Origin: Raillietiella orientalis
Taxonomy: Eukaryota
Assembly: GCA_036172245.1 (NCBI GenBank)
Contig: JAYWIR010000025.1
Span: forward strand, 2,852,001-2,916,000
Reading direction: 5' to 3'
DNA length: 64,000 nt
This document shows, piece by piece, positions 51,451 through 61,400 of the stretch (positions are counted from its first letter, which is position 1; the number at the start of each line of letters is the position of its first letter). The notes beneath the pieces were generated by a model. It had not been told where the DNA came from. It did not search any database and worked only from the letters and a program-made list of their open reading frames with translations. A program made the translations under genes and the position numbers.

Positions 51451-52410
51451 TCGAATCGAGAAATAGAAATAAAATGCAATATGTAGTTCTTGAAATTGTA
51501 ACTTCTGGCAACTCTGAATTCCTATTCAGTGGAGCCTCAGGAAAAGGCGAGGGGGGAGGGAGGACCGTGGTAATTTCGATGCGGTGAGGAAATTGAAATT
51601 TTTTCAAGGTCCACAATTCGATCCACGTGAGGATTCTACCTAAAAGTTCCGAATCGAACCTGTGCTCAAGATGAAACTCTCCACGCGTTCACAGTTCGCA
51701 TCCTCGTGTGTGCAAATGTGTTTTGCAAATGCGAGTGGACTCGCGTCAACAGAACGAATCCTCTTTCAAAAAGCGAAAGACAGTTTTTTTTTTCTTCTTC
51801 CTTTCCTCCCTTTCTAAATTCCGTGCTGCGACCGAGCTGTCGTCATGCCAGCATACAACATAGAGCACTTCAAGTACATTCGAGTGATGGAAAGCAGTAA
51901 TTACTTCACCAACTTCACAGGATGGGTACACTGGATACGATTCACGAGATAAATGAGTTTCTACTTTTGCAGATCGAAGCAACAGGCCGTTCAGATTCCG
52001 AGCATTTTTCAGTTTCAGGATCAGGATTCTGGTCCCTTTATCTTTCCGTTGTCTTCATTTTCATGTGATTGATATGCAGGCGTTAGGGCTTCCAGCTATG
52101 ACCATTTTTTTCTTTTTCTCTTCTCCCGATGCATTTCGTAGACACAAAAACCACATGTTTTACCTTTCAGCATAAAATGAAGGGTGCTTGTACCCATATC
52201 GCACTGTCCACTACGTCTGCGTCGTAACCACAAAATATTACTGTAAGGAGAATGAACTAATAATAGGAAGATAATGTTTGCGTTTTTTTTGTATTTTTTG
52301 CGTTCCATGAGTATCACATGCCTCTCAGGAATCTCGGTTTACGTCAGCAGTAAGCATGCCAACCTCTACTTCTCCTCTAACCTATGCTAACCTCTAATCT
52401 AAAGCATGCC

Positions 52411-53168
52411 CGCGTCGGAGGCCGTGTGGTTACGGTGGTCTCCGCGCGTGGCGCCACCAAGCGTCGTGGGTTCGAATACTCGGAAGGAATCGACGCAGTG
52501 CGTCGTGGGTCCCGAGTTCACCCCACAGGATGATGCTGGTTGACCTACATTCATCCGGGTGCAGCACTGGTAGCGGTTGAAACCGGATGCCCTCGATGAG
52601 GGCAGAGACAAATGGGAGTCGACTTCCGGGTCCTTCCAGGAATCACGGAATAGGAGCTCTCCTCCGGTTGGGAAGGAGCGGACCCCCCATTACGGGGGGA
52701 TTCTCCAAATCGTGCTCGTGGAGTAGGTGTATCGCCACCACCTCTGCAGAGAGTGCAGAGAAGGAACCGATCCCTTCGGGGAAGCTGCGTCCTTCTGAAT
52801 TTCAGAAGTGTCCCTTCCGGGTTCTCTTCAGAGGAGCAGAAACAGGAGCGGATCCCTTGCGGGGATCCCTCCGGAGAAGAAATTCCAGGATCGGATCCTT
52901 TCCGGGTTCCCTTCAGAGAAGAAAGAATGGAGCGGACCCTCTTGGGGTCCTCCGGAGAGAATAAGGAAGGAGATTCCCTTCTGGATTCTCCTTCGGAGAC
53001 AACCAGGGTGGAGGTGATCTCCATTTCCGGTGATCCCTCCCCAGGCGTGAGGGGAACGGACTCCGAGTACTTCCTGGATTCATAGGGCGGACCCCTCCCG
53101 GGGTACCCCCTGTCTTGAAGAAATGCTCACCCTCGGGTGGCGTGGAACCGTGTCTAACCTATGCCGTA
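52411..53168 (+). mobile_element. tRNA-derived SINE-like element with internal hairpin array, copy C (full length, with target-site duplication)
   Basis: A-box-like ggccgtgtggtta, B-box GGTTCGAATAC at 52469-52479, and ~40-nt hairpin units starting near 52845, 52888, 52929, 52965 and 53006. Flanked by the 15-bp direct repeat aatctaaagcatgcc (52396-52410 and 53169-53183). Confidence 0.88.
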
Positions 53169-55199
53169 AATCTAAAGCATGCCTCCAGTCATCAACAGAA
53201 TCACGGAATTTTCAGAGTTGACACGAAGCCGTGGATGCTGCTGGGCTGGAAGGGGTAGCAGTTGTGGATTATTTGAGGACACGTTTCGTGTACGGTTTGC
53301 AGAAAAAGACTTCCATAATGGTAGTTCGATAAACTGCGATTCATCAAAGGTTTCCGTTTGGAAACTGAAGCAAGACCCACTTGAGCATTTCTCCTTTTCT
53401 GCCTTCGTTCTTAATGATATGTTAGTTAAATTTCGTTGATCATTGCTTTTCTCACCTATATAAAACCAAATGTCTAAAGCGAGTTTAAGAAAATGTCTTA
53501 AACTCTTCTTGTCCCTCCTTTTTCTTCATTATATCAACACATTCAATCTCACATACAGTAAAACTTCCAAATTTTCCAGATGTAAGAGAAAGGAAGGACT
53601 CTTTATGTTTTTTCTATTTTTCTTCTTAAATATGAAATTATTAGGATAGGAAAGCTATGTCACAGGAAGGTAAAAGCCCACGATGTGAACTAACAGGCGT
53701 TAAGAGAGTATACTATCACATCTCTCAGCATGTAATCTTGTTGTTCAGTTACGAATGGTTATTCATGTTCAACACGTGATTTTTAAACAAGATAATGGAG
53801 CTTTTGAACAACTTCCTTGCACTGTTGCTTTGGATTCAAAGCTGCTCAGTTGAGAATGCTCCAGCTATCATTCTTTCTTCCTCTTGACTGCTGTTTGAAA
53901 ATTCAGTGCTTTGAAAAGATCTTAGTTGTTTAATTTTGCTTCTGCTGCCCACGTCGTTATTCGAAGCAGTTTGTTCTGACGACTTGAAACAGAACTGGAA
54001 GAACTCACAATGCATTAAAAAACGCAAATGATGACTCGTGTGTTTCAGGGTTCTTTAATGCACACGAATTAGAAATGGAAGACAGAAGAATCACCTTTCG
54101 GACTCTCCGTGTTATCCCTTTTGCTTTTGTTTTTTTCATGCAAAGCATGCAGCTACTTTGGAACAAAAACATCTGTTTCTTTGAATTCGACCCTTGAAAA
54201 TTTTTACATAATTACTAATTCAATTTTCTTTTGTAATCAAAATTAAATACTAGGCATCTTACTTTTGAAATTCATATAAACCTCATTGTTTTAACCAATA
54301 TTAAATCACATGCAAAAATGCTTACTAACAGTTTCAAGCATAATTAAATCCTAAATCTAATACATATCTTTCTGTCATATTAGTTTTCAATTTAAACAAG
54401 AAATTTTTCCTTTTTGGTGTAAACAAACTATTCTATTAAACTACTCCCTGCCTTTTTAAAACAATTAAATTTAAAATTTATTTAGTACTATGAATATTTA
54501 TCCCCCCCCCCCCCATCCCCGATCATTGTGTTCAGAATCTCAGAAACAGAATGAAAGACATCAGTGGCAAAAAACGCAGCTTCCTGAAAGTCCACTCTTG
54601 AAGTAAGAATGTGATCTTTCGGATACATCTCGTTGTAGCAGTTTTATATTTTACTACAGGAATATGTTGTGCTTGCGCACTTGTTTTACAACACAATTTG
54701 AGGCAGGAATGATCCGATGGATTTTTCGCTTTTGTCTCTGCCATTTCGGATGACCCCCAAAATGCTTCAACATGCAAATGACTTTTTTCCGAATGGAGGC
54801 ATATCAAGGAAATGGAGAGGTAGACGAAGGCACGTCTTCCGAAGCTTCGAGCTTCGTGTGGGCGGATGAAGTCCCACAGAGCTTTTCCGCGGCAAACAAG
54901 TGCAAACCGGAAGTCGACACACGAGCCGGGGAGAAGCGATGCAGAGACACAATGTGGCTGAAGCGAGAAACCTCAATTTCGAAACCTGGGTATCCAATAG
55001 GGGACATTATGCATTAACTCATCCTCTCATCTGCAGATCAGATGATCGCGTTCCCACGTTGCTGAGGAAATGCCCAGATAGAAATCCAGATTCCGGTACC
55101 AGAAAAGGATCAGCCCAAACCCTACTGGATGCAGTAAACCGTTCAAATGAAAATCGATCAAGTCTTATTTTCCGGAAACTGGGATCGGCTGTCAACCTC

Positions 55200-55384
55200 G
55201 CAGGCTAGGGCTTGTGACTTTATTTTTGTTGCCCCCTTGTCCCTCCCCCGTTCCGGACCTCTCCATTTCCCGGCCTGCGTGCCGGTGGACCCTCCTCCCC
55301 TTTATTTCTTGTGCTCGTCGGCTGGGAACCTTCGTTCCCAAATGCTTTATTTCGACAAACTCCCCGGCGTGACCGGGTGGTAAA
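55200..55384 (+). mobile_element. LINE 3' UTR stub with terminal hairpin
   Basis: Hairpin tgggaac-cttc-gttccca (55323-55340), then acaaactccccggcgtgaccgggtggtaaa (55355-55384), homologous to the LINE terminal motif at 1759 and 28179. Confidence 0.7.
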
Positions 55385-55450
55385 CTTGCGACTCATCAGC
55401 CCCTTCCGAACAGCTGACCTTTAATTGCAAAACGGCTCAGCAACTGCATC

Positions 55451-56020
55451 ATGCAAGGTGATTTCTCGACGAATTTCCAATCTTTAAGATTCCACTCGCA
55501 TGACTCGCAAAATTTCAAAACTTTTGCAACTCGGAAAGAAAACCACCGAAAGCAGAAAACTGCTTTATTCGGCACATGGAAGGCTTAGAATGTGTGTCCC
55601 TTAGCAATGCCCAAGACGTACGTGACCACGAAGAAGCTGCCGGAAACCGAAGTCACCGAACTGCGAAGGGTCATCGCGAACGTCACTTTACACGGCAACA
55701 AGAGCAGCTTCGGGGATTCAGGTCGGGCAGTCGCCTCTTCATCGTACGCCTCGATGACGCGTGTGTCTTGCAACAGGCTCTTATGATCCACTACTCCAAG
55801 GGGGAATCGATACTTGGATCTCCAAAGCTCGGTATTCACACGATGCCGAAACCGAGCTGGACATTAAGATGGACGCGAGCGATCGTTGTGCGGCCAAACG
55901 GATACGGGCGAATCGCTCCAAGTGAGACTCCCTTTTTCTCTGGTGCACGAGAAATCTCATGTTTACCTAGAAGCCAATCTTCTCATAACATTTTGCAGGG
56001 GCGTCTCTTTGAGGGCATGA
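55451..56020 (+). CDS. Spliced small ORF (~96 aa, unknown function) immediately upstream of and in frame with the sarcoglycan ORF
   Basis: Exons 55451-55457, 55605-55721, 55777-55921 and 55999-56020 are GT-AG and phase-consistent, giving MQAMPKTYVTTKKLPETEVTELRRVIANVTLHGNKSSFGDSGSYDPLLQGGIDTWISKARYSHDAETELDIKMDASDRCAAKRIRANRSKGVSLRA*. One donor (gtcggg) is weak. Confidence 0.5.
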
Positions 56021-56023
56021 CTC

Positions 56024-57234
56024 ATGATGATCCTTCTCTCAATTTGGGGAGGACTTTGGTTCAGGAGCATACTGGCTGATTTCGGTGATACCATGCTGCT
56101 GTTGGAAACAGAATCAGCATTTGTCTATGACTTGCACATGTTAGATCAAAACAACAGCGGTAGGATCAAAATGAATTTTACTTCTCATGAAAATTGTAGA
56201 TTCGCAACGACGCTTCCAGCCTCGGTTGGAACACCTTCCAGGATTACCCAGTTGGTTATCTTACAGTTCCAACGAAGAGAAAAACCTTGCAGTGCTATAT
56301 GGTGCCCCTCTGGAGCCTGGCAAAATCAAGGTAATGCATGATAGCACGCAAAAATGTAACACAAAAGTGCTGCAGATAGACGTAACCATTACTGATTTGG
56401 GTACTTTCACTTTCACAACCAAACGATTGATCCTTGAATGCATCCAGTCACCAAGTATGTTACTTTGAATTTGAATTTAGATTGATTTGGATTTAGGGAA
56501 GCCACTTAGACAAGTAGAGTTGATGTTGCTAAACTGGGATCTTAAAGATGTATTGCTCCAACAGAACATAGCTACCTTGCTGAATGTGTTCACATCCAAG
56601 TTGTGGCCTGAAAGTCAGAAAGATATTACCTTGACAGGAATCCAACTTCCAGCATTCAGAAATGATAAACAATTTATTGAGACTGGAAAAGACGGGTATG
56701 CTGGAATAGATCTGACTAATCAAATATAAGTATAATAATATTAGGATAGTGGTCAGAGTAGGTAGTGAAGCGCCTTTCTCAAGGCAGCTGCAATGGTTTC
56801 ACCAGGAAGCAATTCCTAAACAGTTGTGTATTCCACGCTATCAGAAAACCTCTGCAGAACGTTATTTTCGAGAAAGAGGACTTGCTCCTGAATGGTGCTC
56901 CCTCAAACTGATAGAATTAGCCCAACCAAAGTTATCCTCCCCAACAGCTTCTCTTTTTTCTTTTCCTTCACGAAAAGAGAAACCTCAACACACAATCTTC
57001 CACAATCTCGCCACAATACTGGTGCTACCCTGCGTTTTACTAATTATTTTCACATGTGGAGGGCTTATTGTGGTGTTGAAGGGGACCAAGCCAATAGCTC
57101 CTCCCCCTGTCGGTACTTGCGAATTCGCTTCCACTCGCCAGTATTATAATTCATCTGGAAGTGGGTCTCAACTACCACTGCTGCCAAGGTGCCATCGGGC
57201 TGCACCATTGCTTCTGGACACTCCCCCAACTTAA
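56024..57234 (+). CDS. SGCE: Alpha/epsilon-sarcoglycan family type I membrane protein, 344 aa, 5 exons
   Basis: Exons 56024-56159, 56200-56330, 56376-56454, 56497-56695 and 56745-57234 (introns 40, 45, 42, 49 nt). Signal peptide; PGLPSWLSY..VLYGAP; LLNVFTSKLWPES; GIVVRVGSEAPFS..L; C..YQKTSAERYFRERGLAPEWCSLKL; and TM segment LATILVLPCVLLIIFTCGGLIVVL. Invertebrates have a single alpha/epsilon ortholog. Confidence 0.85.
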
Positions 57235-59565
57235 TAGTTACAATGTTCCCCAAGTGTGGGCATGGATTTTTCCGAGAACCTGCCATGAAGCCCAAAATTA
57301 AGGCTTTTTCTGGCCGTGTCACCTTATTAGAGTTTCGGAACATTTCCTGGGCTTCTGCCATTTGCTCTTTCTGAATTACAAGAGAAAATAAAAAATACAG
57401 CCTCTGGTAACCTCTAACTTTCTCACCGTCAGTTGTAGGGAACGCTTTGTTACTGGGGGATCTTCCACAGTTTGTGAAATTGGTTTAGGTGCAGGAGAAG
57501 GTGGCGAATTCTCCCTATTGGTGGGCCTCATTAGTTCTGAACTAGCCACCTGAACAACTGAAGACTGGGAAAAAGTATCACGTGCTGCTGGCATTGGTGA
57601 TGGAGGCATTAATGGGGTGAGAGTAGCATATGTAGGAAGGGGAGTAGATGGAGTAGGTGGAGGAAGATAACATGGAGTAGCAGGTGCTGAGATACCAGGG
57701 CTGGAAAGTGGCAAACCAGCAGCATACTCTGGAGTAGCAGTATTGGTTTCTGATGCTTTCAGTGGATTCTCTCCCTCTGGCAATAGAAAATGGCAAGTGA
57801 ATATGCAACAATAGTGGTCTGAATTCTACCTGGTGCACGTTTCCTCTTTTTTGCTTGATTCCCTATGGGCTGCTCATTAATATCCAAAAGTTTAATGCCT
57901 CCTTCTTTATGCCCTGACAGAGATCGCAGCATGGAACGGGGCAATGTTTGTCCAGAACCACTCCGTGTCAACAAGCCACTCAATTTGCTTGGAATACCCT
58001 TTAGAGGAGCTAATAACTATTGTGAAGACCCTGCCAAGCAATTTAATCCTTACTGGTATCATTCATTTTACGAGGTAATCCCCTGGTACGCAAAGGTACA
58101 GCAGTAATCACATTTTTTTTCAAATGATTGGCTGCTTCTGCTGATTTACTGAGTAACTCAGCACGCAAAGCAGCAGCTTTAGGCTTGCGTTTCAGCTGAA
58201 AGTGTTTACAGGATTGATTGGCTGTTCCAGATATGTCAGACAAGATGTTCTTATTCAGAAAAGAACATTCCAGCGGAAGCAGGCCGGCAACTTCTCCGTG
58301 TCTCTTCACTAATCTTTCCAATGAGTCAGTATGCACAATGCCAGCTCAACACTCACAAACTTTCTTGATATCACTAAGGAGGTCCTGAAAAATCTTCCGG
58401 TTCTCTTCTGGTTCCTTAATCTCCAAATTTAACATGCCAGTGGATGGATAAGGCTTGAGAATTTCTGATAACATGGCAACCCATGACTCAGTATCTGCAG
58501 TGCCCACTTCAAGAATTTCCTCTAACTCGGATCGCCACTAATATCAAAATTAATAAGATCAACATTATGGATATACTATTCCAAAAAAAGAAAAAAATTC
58601 GCTTGAATTTGGGCAAAACTTATCAATTACAGATTTTGTAAGAAATAAGTTCATATTTAAAAAACACAGTTTAAAAAAAATCTGGCCAAAAAACATTTGC
58701 ATCAAATGAAAAAAATTAAATTTAAAACACACAGAAGAGTTTTTCATTTTTAAAAATCCAGTTAGGTGTTAACAAAGTCTTCTCCAGATATAAACGAATG
58801 AAGTTCGCCATTTATTTCTCCTTTTTATTTTTATAAAAAGAGGAATACTTGAATTCCACACACAGATTACAACCATCTTGGTGCATGCATTATCCTCGGC
58901 ACAAATATCCTGCAAAATGTGGTCCTTGCTTGAACGTTCATTGTACACTTATCATTAATACAGTTACAAATGAACTAAATAATTTTCCTTCGGCCACTTT
59001 CATTCAAATTTGAAAAACACAATACCTTTAGCGGCAAAACTTCGAAAGAACAGACTCAGGCTGCATTTTCACTTTAAGAGTCAAGGGCCAATAAAAAGAC
59101 AAAGGAGAAGAAGAAAAGGAAAAATGGCAATCCGATGGAAGATGAAATTTTGATTATTCCAAACGTCGCAGGGCAAATCTGTCCAGAGTAAAACACACAC
59201 ACACACACCCACACACATCGATGAAATGAACGAAACGCACATTTTATTCCTAAGCAACTGTGATGTTCTGCTCATGGCTGTCCACGAGAACTTTGCACTT
59301 ACACACAAACACTTGATTAAAAAATTCAGGAGATACTATACGAAGAATTTCTTACTTCTTCCAAACTGCGTTTCGGAATATGGAAAAAGGAAAGCAATAA
59401 TTTGAGCTTCACTTGGACTTGCAGCTCAATGAAACAGTCTCTAATGTTCCTCAACACATCAGATTTCAGCTGGGAACAGATGGATCCTCCAACCCAGGAA
59501 TCGTTTGAAGTCCCCAACTTGTTGTGCAGCCAAAGAGATGTATCACTATCCCTCACATTTGCCAT
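57065..59565 (-). CDS. NELFA: Negative elongation factor A, 493 aa, 6 exons
   Basis: Exons 59565-59356, 58537-58357, 58308-58054, 58009-57830, 57776-57427 and 57370-57065 (introns 818, 48, 44, 53, 56 nt). Hallmark motifs: MANVRDSDTSLWLHNKLG, VKLKLLLSFFHIP, LPLECSFLNK, KHFQLKRKPKAAALRAELL, GIKLLDINEQP and AQEMFRNSNKVTRPEKALILGFMAGSRKNPCP..FQMNYNTGEWKR. Confidence 0.97.
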
Positions 59566-60420
59566 ACTGACGATCCTTCATTCGGCCATACTAAAATCAA
59601 CGAGAAGTGGTCGCAGTGTTCCTACGCGTGGAGAGCGCTTTCGGGACTACCTTTTCTCCCGCATCTGTCCCGGCGAGCGGGGGCTTCCCGGGACGGGGAG
59701 AGACGTGGAGACGCCGTGGACGTTGTGATGGATGGCCTGTGAAGGAAGGTTCCTTTCGTACCGTTGCAGTGGTCCACTCGCAAGAAAAACTGCCTTTGAA
59801 TGCACGTCTTAAAAAAAGGGGGGGAGCGGAGGGGGGGGGGGAACACCTCCCGAATGGAAGAGAATACTTTGGAAGATAAATTCGCAATTCTTTTTAAAGA
59901 GGATGCGTGAAGACCGTCTTATTATTATTTTTTTTAGATGGCTTTTCGTACGCATGCCACGAATATAGACTTCGGTTCGATTCCACGCTGAATAAGGCCA
60001 GCTTGAAAGCACAATTGGAATTTCGGACGTAGTAATTAACCAGTGCTGTCTCAGTACTTGCGATGCTGCGTAGGAAGTGATGTGTTCCGTAGTACACCAG
60101 AACTGGTTTGCTGACTACTGATGAGCCTCCGGAATGATACATGAGGCAGTACTTAGGAGGCCTCCGTAAAGTGTGCCACATGCGACGCTCTTTTATGAAA
60201 CTTTTATGAAGCTTCCTTCGAATTTTAGCATTTTTGCAAAACGCGACAGACCACCGCTGATGACGATCCGACCGTTGCACTCCCACCGTTGAATCAGAGA
60301 GCACTGACGAAACCTCGCTTCGAATCCCATTTTCCAAGGACATTCCAAAGGACTGAAACTATTAAAGCCATTGTTCACCATGGCCGTCCTGTTCCTGAAG
60401 ACGATCCTCCCCACATCATC

Positions 60421-60443
60421 AAAAAAAAAAAAAAAAAAAAAAA
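60421..60443. repeat. Poly(A) tract
   Basis: 23 consecutive A. Confidence 0.95.
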
Positions 60444-61039
60444 CCAGAAGGCGGTGATTTCCTCAGGATGAGGGATCGGGTCCAGAATCCCTTGTCCCTT
60501 CCACGTGATGTCTGTCTGATTCTCATCGCTGGGCAAGGGGCACGCTGCTTTTTCGAACGTTCCCGATTTTTGGTTCTCCAGAAAACAGTTTGCAATTCCA
60601 TAAGGCAGTTTCCCTATGGCGGAACACTTCACAAATCCCGAAATCTTAACGGAATACCTTGGTTATTTTATAGAGCGAGGTAGATATCCATAATCAATAA
60701 ATTTAAGCGAGTAAATATTGTAAGAGTTAAGCAAACAAAACAAACCTTCATTCTCAAATTCTAATTATGCATACAAAACACGTGGAAATAGGAAAATAGG
60801 CTGGCGTACATATATAGTAAAAATTGCGTTCTCAATAACTTGGATGTTTTTGGGTCTTTGCATTACAAATTCTTTTCATTTCAGGCACACAATAGTAGTA
60901 AAGCTGCTGACATGCAAAGTAAGGGGCGCTGAGTTTCAAACGTGTTTCGACTGGGCGCTGCATTTCAAGTGCTTTCATTTTCACTAGTTTTCAAGGAACA
61001 CTTATTGACCTTCCCCGGAACACTGGTGACTCGCGGAAC

Positions 61040-61400
61040 AGCGAAAATCCCCCCCCCCCCTCTTCCTTCGCTTCCGCCCGCGTCTGTCCTCAGCTGGGCG
61101 AGTACCGACCTCGACAGAGGGAGTTTCCGACGACCGCCGAGTAGCCCCAGCAGCCGACCCTGCCGGTTCCTTGCTCGGGACCCCCCTCATTCCCTACCTC
61201 GCAGCATCCGGAAGACGGAGGAGCACGTGGGAGTGGTCGCCACCACCTCCCTCGCGGTTTTCCTGCTGACCTCCCTTCCCGGGGCGGTTCGCGGGTAGAC
61301 GCGGCTCAACCCCACAAGGAGGCACGTCTTCCAGACTGCCGGGAGACCTCCGAGGGATGGGAGTACATCGGAACATGGTTTGGGAAACGCTGCCTTAAGG
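61040..61400 (-). mobile_element. Short GC-rich APE endonuclease remnant of a LINE
   Basis: A GC-rich island in AT-rich context. GVEPRLP...GDHSHVLLRL resembles the SRLD..SDHxxV end of APE domains. Confidence 0.35.

Noticed and set aside
52402..52411. p53 half-site AAGCATGCCC (and AAGCATGCCT at 53175-53184) inside the SINE TSD
   Set aside because: Isolated half-sites are common by chance, and no paired full response element is present.
52760..53050. Regularly spaced ~40-nt palindromic units resembling a CRISPR array
   Set aside because: The units are diverged tandem repeats without unique spacers, lie inside a TSD-flanked SINE in a eukaryotic genome, and no cas genes are present.
55345..55402. 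Hammerhead-like CTGATGA...GAAA on the minus strand (CTGATGA also at 51269, 60118 and 48734)
   Set aside because: Stem II and stems I/III do not pair convincingly around the core.
55576..56079. 167-aa plus ORF and 84-aa minus ORF (55585-55839) upstream of sarcoglycan
   Set aside because: Both run through apparent introns; the spliced phase-consistent model explains the region better.
59894..60343. 149-aa minus ORF upstream of NELF-A
   Set aside because: It does not begin at ATG, and I found no recognisable domain or clear splice context.
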